Assembly (NCBI GenBank): GCA_947630395.1
Contig: CANRHK010000001.1
Location: 2,708-66,707, forward strand
Direction: 5' to 3'
Length of the DNA stretch: 64,000 nt
Source of the DNA: an uncultured Oscillospiraceae bacterium
GTDB lineage: Bacteria; Bacillota; Clostridia; Oscillospirales; Oscillospiraceae
Positions 1 through 8,209 of the stretch are shown in pieces. The notes beneath the pieces were generated by a model. It was not told the origin of the DNA and did no database searches. It saw only the letters and a program-made list of their open reading frames with translations. Made by a program: the position numbers and the translations under genes. Within the stretch, counting starts at the first letter, position 1, and every line of letters starts with the position of its first letter.

Positions 1-683
1 CCTTTTGCGCCGTCTGCTGTTTTGCCTTCTGCCTGTGCCGTATTTTCTTCTTTGCTGTCGGATGCTTTCTGCTCTGTGCGTTCTGCTTCAGCAGCTTCTT
101 CCATCGCCTTATTCGCATCACCAAGTGTTTCCATCTGAGAAGCCGTTGCCTGCATAGCTGTCTGTTCTACATCTGCAAGCTCTTCCTTCTTTTTCGTTGC
201 ATCCCCACCACGTGCTTCATCCAGCTTGATCTCTGATTTCAAAACGCCGGCTCTGCCCTCCATCTTCATTGCCACGCTGCCCTGCACCTTTGCCTGCTTG
301 ATGGATGCGTCTGCGGAAATCATCGCCGTCATGCTTGCCTGTGAAAGTCCGGTGCTCTTACTGTCTGTCTTTGCATTTGTCCCGCCAAGCATATCATCCA
401 TAGAAGAACTTTTCGCCTGCTGTTTCTCTGAGCGTTCCGCTCTGCGCTGTTCGATCTGGTGCTGTCTGAGCTGCATATTCAAGTCACTGATCTGCTGCTG
501 GATCTCCTGCCGTTTCTTCCTCTTTTCTTCCAGTGTCATTTCTTCGTTGGAAGAAAGCTCCTGCAACTGCTTCTGCGCATTGGCAATCTGGTTCTGAATA
601 TTCTTGCTGTACGAATCCATTGCCGGATTCATCCCCATCTGTGCTGTCTGTGTGTTTGCTCCGCTGATTCCGTTAATTGTCAT
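1..683 (-). CDS. FlxA-like coiled-coil protein, C-terminus runs off the left edge
   Basis: ATG at 683-681 with AAGGAGGA 8 nt upstream. Hand translation MTINGISGANTQTAQMGMNPAMDSYSKNIQNQIANAQKQLQELSSNEEMTLEEKRKKRQEIQQQISDLNMQLRQHQIEQRR... I checked every codon and the frame has no stop down to position 3. It is absent from the ORF track only because no stop lies inside the window. The Q/E/K-rich repeat pattern resembles the FlxA-like family. Confidence 0.6.
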   Translation of the reverse strand, partial: MTINGISGANTQTAQMGMNPAMDSYSKNIQNQIANAQKQLQELSSNEEMTLEEKRKKRQEIQQQISDLNMQLRQHQIEQRRAERSEKQQAKSSSMDDMLGGTNAKTDSKSTGLSQASMTAMISADASIKQAKVQGSVAMKMEGRAGVLKSEIKLDEARGGDATKKKEELADVEQTAMQATASQMETLGDANKAMEEAAEAERTEQKASDSKEENTAQAEGKTADGAK

Positions 684-691
684 TTTGATCA

Positions 692-727
692 TCCTCCTTG
701 AATTTTATTGCTTTGAAATCCGTTTCC
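692..727 (-). repeat. 36-nt conserved leader, copy 1 (includes the SD of the FlxA-like gene)
   Basis: tcctccttgaattttattgCtttgaaatccgtttcc. It matches 1412-1447 with a single mismatch (c711 versus g1431). Confidence 0.8.
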
Positions 728-736
728 AATTTTAAA

Positions 737-1393
737 TTAGATTGTATAATCTACCTGTGCTCCTTTTCCTTCTTCGGGAATTTTCGTTGCCGTAACCGCA
801 CTATCTCCTGCTGCTTCTGTCTGTGAGTCCGTTTTCAGTTTTTCCAAAAGCTGTTCCGCCGTTTCCGCCTGCTCCAGACGCTTTTCCTTTAACTTTTCTT
901 CTTCTTTCTTCTTTGCCCGTTTTTCCTCTAACTGCTTCTGCACCTTTTCTTTGTAGACTGTTCCGGGATTTTCAACCGGCTTAGCCTTACTGATCCCCCA
1001 ATAAGTAACCTTTCCATTTTTGTCGATCACAGTGCCACTGGCAATTTGTTCTCCACCCATAGCCTCAATTTCCTTTTTAAATCTTTCACCCAAACCGGGA
1101 ACTTCTGCAATTACTTTTTCATATTTTGCCGCCGCTGCCGGATCAGACGCCATTTTCTCAACAATATTAGATGAAATTGCAATATTGTTAGATCCGCTGC
1201 AACTGAACATATACGCTTTCCGCTGTTCCAGATTGGAAAAGTCTGCCACAGTGATATTCACATCCGAATACTTCTGTCTTAATTCACTCAGATAATCCTG
1301 CGCTGTTTCACTTAAACCGCTGCTCCCTTTTGTGTTGGCGCTGTTTGACGCCGCATAAGTGTTTGTGTACTCATTTACTCCTGTTACTGCCAT
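737..1393 (-). CDS. hypothetical protein (218 aa, charged K/E-rich C-terminal half)
   Basis: ORF with ATG at 1393 and AAGGAGGA 6 nt upstream. No family recognised. It shares its 5' leader with the downstream FlxA-like gene. Confidence 0.6.
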   Translation of the reverse strand: MAVTGVNEYTNTYAASNSANTKGSSGLSETAQDYLSELRQKYSDVNITVADFSNLEQRKAYMFSCSGSNNIAISSNIVEKMASDPAAAAKYEKVIAEVPGLGERFKKEIEAMGGEQIASGTVIDKNGKVTYWGISKAKPVENPGTVYKEKVQKQLEEKRAKKKEEEKLKEKRLEQAETAEQLLEKLKTDSQTEAAGDSAVTATKIPEEGKGAQVDYTI

Positions 1394-1411
1394 AATAAAT
1401 CCTCCTTGTTT

Positions 1412-1447
1412 TCCTCCTTGAATTTTATTGGTTTGAAATCCGTTTCC
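1412..1447 (-). repeat. 36-nt conserved leader, copy 2
   Basis: tcctccttgaattttattgGtttgaaatccgtttcc. A second tcctccttg SD copy lies at 1400-1408, nearer the ATG. Confidence 0.8.
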
Positions 1448-1462
1448 GGCAAGTTGCCATTT

Positions 1463-1957
1463 TTATATACCCTTTTCATTTTGCAGCATAACGGACAGGG
1501 TAAATACGTTATGCCCTATCGACCAGTCTACCGCTCCATGATATTTTTCTGCGGTGTGTTTGATATTGATTAGTCCGATCCCATGCACCTTTTTGTCTGC
1601 CTTTGTCGTGACCGGAAATTCCGCATCCTGTTTCCGCAGCACCTTTCCGTCAAAACTGTTTTCTATTTCCAGAAAGAACATTTTCCCCTTTGCATAAGAG
1701 GACAGGCGGATAAAAGTTTCCGCTTCCGGTTCTTCTGCTTTCAGATGTTTGCAGGCTTCCAAAGCATTATCCAGAGCATTTCCAAGAATGATGCCAATAT
1801 CATAGCTCTGTATCATCAGCTTTTCAGGAAACAGCAGCTTATCCGCATGAAACTGTAAATCCGGCAGCGTGCGCATGATCTCATGGTATTTCGTATTCAG
1901 CAGCGTATCGACCACTGCATTTCCCGTCTTATACTGAAATTCCAGGCGGTCAACCAC
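1463..1957 (-). pseudogene. C-terminal GHKL ATPase fragment of an AgrC/HPK10-type sensor histidine kinase
   Basis: N-box-like ILGNALDNALEA and G-box-like KVHGIGLINIKHTAEKYHG. There are no transmembrane sensor segments and no His phosphoacceptor region. The ORF opens on GTG directly after an in-frame TAA. Confidence 0.55.
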
Positions 1958-2034
1958 TTTCCCGTATTTTCACAATCAGTCACTTAGCTGCTTCTATAAG
2001 CATAAGCCGCATAAAATTATTTGTTCTTTTGCTT

Positions 2035-2101
2035 ACTATATCGGCAAAGATTTCTTATTTTTCTGCTATATGATGTGAACCCCCCTCTTTAATGATGTGA
2101 A
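2035..2101 (-). promoter_or_regulatory. Candidate LytTR-type activator site plus -10 box
   Basis: ATGATGTGAA at 2070-2079 and again at 2092-2101, with a 12-nt spacer and 22-bp period. Read on the minus strand this is TTCACATCAT-N12-TTCACATCAT, followed 29 nt later by TATAGT (2040-2035). Confidence 0.35.
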
Positions 2102-2212
2102 ATCTTTTGAAATCGGATAAAAATTGTAAATCAGGGGTTAAGTTTTTAGAAAAACGTCCGATAGTTGCCGTCTGAATTGATTTTCAGCATCTTCCTCCGA
2201 AGTGATGTTCCA

Positions 2213-2662
2213 TCACTTTGCCTGTTCCCTCGGTCTGTCGCTTATCTTCCTCGGCTTACGGTAAGTAACGTATGATTTCTGCAAGGAATAGGTCTTGTCG
2301 ATGTCCGTCTGCCGGATCAGCTTGTAGGTGTCGGGAAAATCGGCGGCAAGCCTGTCCAATTTTCACATGACCGCCACCGGCATTGTAGTTGACTACGGTT
2401 TCCTGCTCGTATCGTGATAATGGTGTCCAGCAGGCGCACAGTCCGCACAAAAAAGGCTACAACATCTCTGCCATAGCCCTTTCTCTGAATCCTTTGATAG
2501 CTGCGCCGCAATCTGATACGGACCGTAACCCTCCAATGTCATCCGGAATATCCGCCTGACGATGGGCGCTGCATCCTTGTCAACCACTCATCTGTTTTTA
2601 TCCCCGCTGTCTTTCAGATAGCCGTATGGCGGGCTGCTCGCAGCGTGCTTTCCGCCAGTGCC
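2213..2662 (-). pseudogene. Decayed large serine recombinase remnant
   Basis: Hand translation GGKHAASSPPYGYLKDSGDKNR*VVDKDAAPIVRRIFRMTLEGYGPYQIAAQL carries an in-frame TGA where these recombinases normally have W. The reading then drops across three frames (three 64-aa ORFs, 2256-2587) and includes an LFCADC zinc-ribbon-like piece. The N-terminal resolvase catalytic domain is absent. Confidence 0.7.
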
Positions 2663-2733
2663 GCATAAATGCTATGCTGTGGCTGATTTTTGTTTCTTTT
2701 GTTTAAGAAGTCTTTTACATTTTATAACTTCCC

Positions 2734-4467
2734 CTATACCCCGATCAGCGCGTCGAAGGTCCCCACCATGTTCAGCCGTCCGTAGCCCCACTCCCTGTTC
2801 GGGTATCTCAGGGCCGCCTCTCTGGAGGCCCCCCGTATAAAGTAGTTCTTTACCTCTCTGCTCTCCGCATTCTCATTGTTCCCCTCCACCACCGCCCACT
2901 GCATAAACTGAGCGGCGGCGCCCGCAGCTATGGCGGCGGCCAGACTGCTGCCGGTGTCCTTCCCATAGACAGTGGACACGTTCACGCCCGGCGCCGCAAA
3001 GTCCGGACGGATGGCGCCGTCCCTGGAAAACCCTCTGCCGGACTCGGTGTAAAAGCTGTCATTCTCCGCATTGTAGGTGGACACACTGATAATATTCCGC
3101 GCCATCGACGGCTCTGTCAGCGTGGTGTAGGGACTGGCGGTCAAAAAATAGATCTGGGTGTCGAGAAACGCCGTGATGGGAAGCCAGAGATTGAAGTTTC
3201 CGTTGTGGATCTCCCCCACGGGAATCACGCGAAATGTCCAGATCCCCGGGGTGGGCACCTGGATGCGGAAGCGGATCAGCTGCTCGCCGGAGGCCGGCTC
3301 CACCAGCGTACTGTCTATGGTGATGCGGGTCCGCTCATAGACAAAGCTGTAGGTGATGCTCTGGTCCACGCCCAGCCGCATGGGCGGGATGCTCTCCCCT
3401 CCGGGTGAGCGAATCCCGATGTTAAATACATCCGGCACATTTCCCCACATTTCCATGTAGAACCCCCGCGAGCCCTCTCCCACGCGGATCTCCACATCGA
3501 CGGCGCTCTCGGCGGAATCCTCGCGCCTGCGCAGCATCCCCTGAAAATGATGCCCCGCATTTCCCTCATTTCCCCCGCCCACCACCACCACCCGGCTTCT
3601 CCTCACCGCGATGGTGCCAAGGTAGCGGGACAGAAAGGAGCTGCCCGTGTGATCTCCCATATTGGTGCCCAGCCCCAGGCAGATGATCACGGGACGGCGG
3701 AATGTCTCCGCGAAGGTGTTCGCGTAGGCGAGAGCGAACATAATGTCATTCTCCTGGTAGGCGGGCACGTCCTGAGGCACCAGATAAAAATCCCGCAGAT
3801 ACTGCTTGCACTCCTTCAGCTTTACCACCACCAGATCTGCGTCCGGAGCGGCCCCCAGATAGGAAAAACCGCCGTTGATCCTGCTGCCCGCCGCCACGCC
3901 CGCCAGGATGCTCCCGTGGCCGATCTCATCCAGGGACGGCACGACGGAAAAGGGATCCTCGGCCCGAAGCGCGCGGTTGATATCCTCTCTGGTGTACTCC
4001 GTCCCATACAAAAAGCCCTCCGGCGGCTCTCCGTCCTGAATGGTCTGATCCCAGATGGCAAGGATCCGGCTGTCGCCGTTCTCATCCAGAAAGGCTTCAT
4101 TCAGATAATTGATGCCCGTATCGATCACACAGATCACACAGCCCCTTCCGGTCAGGGCCAACGGCTCCCGCTGCACCTGAGTGATCCCGCTGGCGATCAG
4201 GCTTGCGGGATCAAAAGTTCCCGTCACGTCGGTCCTCTGCATCAGTCCGTACAGCTTGGGCATGTACTGATAATCGTAGAAATTTTCCAGGGGATCGGGG
4301 ACGTCGGCCCGGTTGATATAAAGAGCGGTGTAGTCGTTCTCGATATCCGTATAGCACAGATCGTAGCCCTCCACGCTCATCCTGCGCACCGAATAGTCGG
4401 CAATGGCATCGTAATAATCATTGGATAGGATCATTTCCCTGCAGTCCAAAGCAAAAGGCTCCCACAT
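2734..4467 (-). CDS. S8 (subtilisin-family) serine peptidase, possibly Csp-like
   Basis: Catalytic triad contexts VICVIDTGINY (Asp), IGHGSILAGVAAG (His) and DTGSSLAAAIAAGAAAQ (Ser). At about 577 aa with a large insertion it resembles clostridial Csp-type proteases. The start is uncertain: TTG 4470, ATG 4467 or ATG 4434, none with a strong SD. Confidence 0.8.
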   Translation of the reverse strand: MWEPFALDCREMILSNDYYDAIADYSVRRMSVEGYDLCYTDIENDYTALYINRADVPDPLENFYDYQYMPKLYGLMQRTDVTGTFDPASLIASGITQVQREPLALTGRGCVICVIDTGINYLNEAFLDENGDSRILAIWDQTIQDGEPPEGFLYGTEYTREDINRALRAEDPFSVVPSLDEIGHGSILAGVAAGSRINGGFSYLGAAPDADLVVVKLKECKQYLRDFYLVPQDVPAYQENDIMFALAYANTFAETFRRPVIICLGLGTNMGDHTGSSFLSRYLGTIAVRRSRVVVVGGGNEGNAGHHFQGMLRRREDSAESAVDVEIRVGEGSRGFYMEMWGNVPDVFNIGIRSPGGESIPPMRLGVDQSITYSFVYERTRITIDSTLVEPASGEQLIRFRIQVPTPGIWTFRVIPVGEIHNGNFNLWLPITAFLDTQIYFLTASPYTTLTEPSMARNIISVSTYNAENDSFYTESGRGFSRDGAIRPDFAAPGVNVSTVYGKDTGSSLAAAIAAGAAAQFMQWAVVEGNNENAESREVKNYFIRGASREAALRYPNREWGYGRLNMVGTFDALIGV

Positions 4468-4471
4468 CAAA

Positions 4472-4504
4472 AGAAGTCTCTATCATTCTATGACAGAGAC
4501 TTCT
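4472..4504 (-). terminator. Intrinsic terminator-like hairpin downstream of the P-type ATPase
   Basis: The 10-bp stem agaagtctct (4472-4481) pairs with agagacttct (4495-4504) around a 13-nt loop. On the minus strand the stem runs into CTTCTTTTG. Confidence 0.55.
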
Positions 4505-4524
4505 CCTTTGTTCCTGTATGTGGT

Positions 4525-6393
4525 TTACCGCTTCACTCTCAGGCACCGGATGGCATTGAGCACCGCCAGCACCATGACTCCCACGTCCGCAAAGATCGCC
4601 ACCCACATGTTGGCGATGCCGGCGGCCCCCAGGATCAGGCACACCGCTTTCACGCCTAGGGCAAACACGATGTTCTCACGGACAATGCGCAGACATTTGC
4701 GGGAAATGCGCATTGCCAGCGCAAGCTTCAGAGGATCGTCGTCCATGAGCACAACGTCCGCCGCCTCGATAGCGGCATCAGAGCCCAGCGCTCCCATCGC
4801 GACGCCGATATCCGCGCGGGAAAGCACGGGCGCGTCGTTGATCCCATCCCCCACAAAGGCAAGCTTTTCCCGTCTGCCCTTGCGCTGCAGAAGCTCCTCC
4901 ATGCGCTCCACCTTTTCGTCGGGAAGAAGCTCGCTGTACACCTCGTCCAGGCCCAGGCGCTCCGCCACGTGATCCGCCACCCTCCGGCTGTCGCCGGTGA
5001 GCATGACCGTCCTCTTTACCCCGGCGGACCGCAGGGCGGCAATGGCGTCCTTTGACTGCTCCTTCTCCACGTCGGAGATCAGGATATATCCGGCGTAGGA
5101 ACCGTCCACCGCCACGTGGACCACCGTGCCCACGCCGACCTCTTCCTCACAGGCGATTCCCAGGGTTTTCATCAGCTTCCCGTTGCCGGCCGCCACCGAA
5201 ACGCCGTCCACCTTCGCCCGCACGCCGTGGCCGCCGATCTCCTCCACATCCTGCACCTTACTGTGATCCAGGGGTTTCCCGTAGGCCTCGATCAGGCTCT
5301 TGCTGATGGGATGGGAAGAGTAGCTCTCCGCGTATGCCGCGGCCGCGATCAGCTCTTCCTCCCGCACCCCCTCTGACGGATGCACCTGAGTCACCTGAAA
5401 AACGCCCTTGGTCAGCGTTCCCGTCTTGTCAAACACCACATATCGGGTCTCCGACAGAGCCTCCAGATAGTTGGAGCCCTTCACCAGGATCCCGCAGGCG
5501 CTCGCCGCGCCGATCCCGCCAAAAAAGCTTAAAGGAATGGAGATCACCAGCGCACAGGGACAGCTGATGACCAGAAAGGTCAGCGCCCGAATGATCCAGG
5601 TGCTCCACAGCACCGGATTTCCCATAAGCATCTCCCAGAGCGGCGGCAGCACGGCCACCGCCAGGGCGCCGAAGCATACGGCCGGCGTGTAATATCTGGC
5701 AAAGCGGGTGATAAAATTCTCCGTGCGGGATTTCTTCATGCTGGAATTTTCCACCAGATCCAGTATCTTGGAGACGGTGGACTCCCCGAACTCCTTTGTG
5801 GTGCGCACCTTCAAAAGCCCCGTCAGGTTCACGCACCCGCTGATGATATCCGAGCCGGCCGACACGTCCCTCGGGACGCTCTCTCCGGTCAGGGCGCTGG
5901 TGTTTAAAGAGGCGTTTCCCTCCACCACCACGCCATCGATGGGCACCTTCTCCCCCGGCTGCACCACGATCACCGTGCCGATCTCCACCTCCTCGGGATC
6001 CACCTGCTCCAGCGTCCCGTCCTCCCTCTCCACGTTGGCATAGTCGGGCCGGATATCCATCAGGGCGCTGATGTTGCGGCGGCTTTTCCCAACCGCCACA
6101 CTCTGGAACAGCTCGCCGATCTGATAGAACAGCATGACCGCCACGCCCTCCGTATACTCCCCCAGAAGGATGGCTCCCACCGTGGCCACCGCCATCAGGA
6201 AGTTTTCATCGAACACCTCCCCGTGGACGATACCGAGAACCGCCTTCCGCAGGATATCATAGCCGATCACCGCGTAGGGGATCAGATTGAAAAGAAGCCT
6301 CGGCCACCCTGTGACCGGCAAAAACTGCACCGCCACGAGAAGCGCCGCTGAGATCAGAATACGGTACAACACTTTTTTCTGTTTTTTCGTCAT
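4525..6393 (-). CDS. cadA: Heavy-metal translocating P1B-type ATPase (Zn/Cd/Pb-type)
   Basis: DKTGTLT phosphorylation site, SCPCALVISIP (CPC) in TM6, GDGINDAP hinge and FADVGVMVLAVLNAIR in the last TM. The start was re-picked at ATG 6393 (MTKKQKKVLY) with GGGAGGGTG 5 nt upstream. Confidence 0.93.
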   Translation of the reverse strand: MTKKQKKVLYRILISAALLVAVQFLPVTGWPRLLFNLIPYAVIGYDILRKAVLGIVHGEVFDENFLMAVATVGAILLGEYTEGVAVMLFYQIGELFQSVAVGKSRRNISALMDIRPDYANVEREDGTLEQVDPEEVEIGTVIVVQPGEKVPIDGVVVEGNASLNTSALTGESVPRDVSAGSDIISGCVNLTGLLKVRTTKEFGESTVSKILDLVENSSMKKSRTENFITRFARYYTPAVCFGALAVAVLPPLWEMLMGNPVLWSTWIIRALTFLVISCPCALVISIPLSFFGGIGAASACGILVKGSNYLEALSETRYVVFDKTGTLTKGVFQVTQVHPSEGVREEELIAAAAYAESYSSHPISKSLIEAYGKPLDHSKVQDVEEIGGHGVRAKVDGVSVAAGNGKLMKTLGIACEEEVGVGTVVHVAVDGSYAGYILISDVEKEQSKDAIAALRSAGVKRTVMLTGDSRRVADHVAERLGLDEVYSELLPDEKVERMEELLQRKGRREKLAFVGDGINDAPVLSRADIGVAMGALGSDAAIEAADVVLMDDDPLKLALAMRISRKCLRIVRENIVFALGVKAVCLILGAAGIANMWVAIFADVGVMVLAVLNAIRCLRVKR

Positions 6394-6439
6394 AATTTCA
6401 CCCTCCCACATCCATCGGATCCGGCCGCGGCGCCTTGCG

Positions 6440-6658
6440 CTACAGGTAGATCTCACAATCCGACTCCACCTTCTTACACGCCTTGACTACCTGCTCCATC
6501 ACCGACTTCTCGTCGCTCCCCTCGGAAAACTCCACCTTCATCTTCTGTGTCATAAAGCTCACCGCGGCGTCCAGGACCCCTTCCACCTTCTTGGCGGCGT
6601 CCTCCATCTTCAGCGCACAGTTGGCACAATCCACTTCGATCTTATACGTCTTCTTCAT
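6440..6658 (-). CDS. Heavy-metal-associated (HMA) domain protein
   Basis: MKKTYKIEVDCANCALKMEDAAKKVEGV carries the CxxC metal-binding motif in a ferredoxin-like HMA pattern. It has its own SD (GGGAGGGCGAAGCA-ATG at 6658). Confidence 0.85.
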   Translation of the reverse strand: MKKTYKIEVDCANCALKMEDAAKKVEGVLDAAVSFMTQKMKVEFSEGSDEKSVMEQVVKACKKVESDCEIYL

Positions 6659-6683
6659 TGCTTCGCCCTCCCGCGATTCTTTT

Positions 6684-6709
6684 TTCATATGAACCATTGT
6701 TCATATGAA
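6684..6709. promoter_or_regulatory. Perfect 11-4-11 inverted repeat operator candidate upstream of the HMA/ATPase operon
   Basis: TTCATATGAAC-catt-GTTCATATGAA lies 26-51 nt upstream of the HMA start codon. Its ATGAAC/GTTCAT core is reminiscent of ArsR/SmtB-family operators. Confidence 0.5.
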
Positions 6710-6847
6710 TATGTTACCATATCTACCGCGGATGTCAATAGGTTTTCGATTTTTTTTCATAGAAGTTGCCAACTTCGACCAAACACATTATAATAATAGG
6801 AGAACGATTTTGTGCGTTACATACTGTTTTGAAAGGGAAGTATTATT

Positions 6848-8209
6848 ATGGGAAAATATTTTGGGACCGACGGCTTCCGCGGGGAAGCCAACAAGAATCT
6901 GACGGCGGATCACGCCTACCGGATCGGACGTTTCCTGGGCTGGTACTATCGGCATGAGACTCCAAAGGATGCGGAGGACCGGTGCCGCATCGTCATCGGC
7001 AAGGATACCCGCCGCTCCTCCTATATGTTTGAATACGCGCTGGGCGCGGGCCTCACCGCATCCGGCGCGGACGCATATCTGCTCCACGTCACCACCACCC
7101 CCAGCGTATCCTATGTGACCAGAACGGAAGGGTTCGACTGCGGCATCATGATCTCCGCCAGCCACAATCCCTACTACGACAACGGGATCAAGCTGATCAA
7201 CGCCAACGGGGAGAAGATGGATGAGGAGACCATCCTGAAAATCGAGAGCTACTTAGACGGCGAACCGTCCGAGATCCCCTACGCGGAGGGAGAGCATATC
7301 GGGCGCACGGTGGACTATGCCGCCGGCAGGAACCGCTACATCGGATATCTGATCTCCCTTGCCACCCGCTCCTACGAGGGCAAAAAGGTGGGGTTAGACT
7401 GCGCCAACGGCAGCTCCTGGATGATCGCCAAAAGCGTGTTTGACGCGCTGGGCGCCAAAACCTTCGTGATCAACAACCAGCCGGACGGCGTGAACATCAA
7501 CACGGACTGTGGTTCCACCCACATTCAGGGACTTCAGAAATTTGTGGTGGAGAACGGGCTTGATGTGGGATTTGCCTTTGACGGCGATGCGGACCGCTGC
7601 CTGTGCGTGGACGAAAAGGGCCGCCTGGTGGACGGCGACGGCATCCTCTACATTTACGGCCGCTATATGAAAGAACGCGGCAAGCTGTACGGCAACCGCG
7701 TGGTGACCACCGTCATGTCCAACTTCGGCCTATACAAGGCATTTGACGCGGTGGGAATCGAATATGAAAAGACTGCCGTAGGCGACAAATACGTCTATGA
7801 GAATATGGTGCAGAACGGCTACCGCCTGGGCGGCGAGCAGTCCGGCCACATCATTTTCAAGAAATACGCCACCACCGGCGACGGCATCCTGACCGCCATC
7901 AAAATGATGGAGGTCATGCTGGAGAAAAAGACCTCCTTGAGCGAGCTCGCCTCCCCTCTCACCATTTACCCGCAGGTGTTGAAAAATGTCCGCGTAAAGG
8001 ATAAGGCCGCGGTGCGCGGCGATGCGGCAGTGCAGGGGAAGGTGGATGAGATCGCCTCCCGCCTCGGGGACAACGGAAGGATCCTGGTCCGCGAGAGCGG
8101 CACGGAGCCCCTGATCCGCGTGATGGTGGAGGCGGATGATCTTGCGACCTGTCAGGGGCTTGTGGACGAGGTGGTGGATCTGATCCTGCAGCAAGGCTAC
8201 GGCGCATAG
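6848..8209 (+). CDS. glmM: Phosphoglucosamine mutase
   Basis: MGKYFGTDGFRGEAN N-terminus and the active-site serine loop ISASHNP, at 453 aa. The SD AAGGGAAG lies 8 nt upstream. Confidence 0.95.
   Translation: MGKYFGTDGFRGEANKNLTADHAYRIGRFLGWYYRHETPKDAEDRCRIVIGKDTRRSSYMFEYALGAGLTASGADAYLLHVTTTPSVSYVTRTEGFDCGIMISASHNPYYDNGIKLINANGEKMDEETILKIESYLDGEPSEIPYAEGEHIGRTVDYAAGRNRYIGYLISLATRSYEGKKVGLDCANGSSWMIAKSVFDALGAKTFVINNQPDGVNINTDCGSTHIQGLQKFVVENGLDVGFAFDGDADRCLCVDEKGRLVDGDGILYIYGRYMKERGKLYGNRVVTTVMSNFGLYKAFDAVGIEYEKTAVGDKYVYENMVQNGYRLGGEQSGHIIFKKYATTGDGILTAIKMMEVMLEKKTSLSELASPLTIYPQVLKNVRVKDKAAVRGDAAVQGKVDEIASRLGDNGRILVRESGTEPLIRVMVEADDLATCQGLVDEVVDLILQQGYGA

Noticed and set aside
1450-1462. Sigma-54-like TGGCA...TTGC upstream of the hypothetical gene
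   Set aside because: The GG and GC elements are only 6 nt apart instead of 10, so the geometry is wrong.
2038-2045. Sigma-D/FliA-type promoter (exact GCCGATAT on the minus strand) upstream of the FlxA-like gene cluster
   Set aside because: The -35 TAAA element is not present at the required 15-nt spacing; the best match is GAAA at 14 nt. An 8-mer match is expected about once or twice by chance in a window this size. The same bases are better explained as part of the TATAGT box below the direct repeats.
3547-4428. Long opposite-strand or off-frame ORFs inside real genes. Examples are 3547-4428, 9220-9924, 11868-12569, 13093-14226, 17072-18001, 18172-19188, 20051-21370, 21825-23462 and 24571-25650. 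Further examples are 28043-29371, 29620-30702, 35482-36438, 35811-36926, 37676-38800, 39521-40489, 45556-46647, 49225-51051, 53074-54153, 55815-57083 and 61422-62789.
   Set aside because: All overlap genes with strong family signatures. They have Arg/Pro/Gly/His-rich compositions and lack SD-start contexts. High GC suppresses stop codons in non-coding frames.
6394-6456. HMA protein and P-type ATPase as a frameshift-split fusion
   Set aside because: The two ORFs are in different frames, but the ATPase has its own good SD (GGGAGGGTG) and ATG. The HMA ORF ends cleanly. I see no evidence of a disrupted linker.
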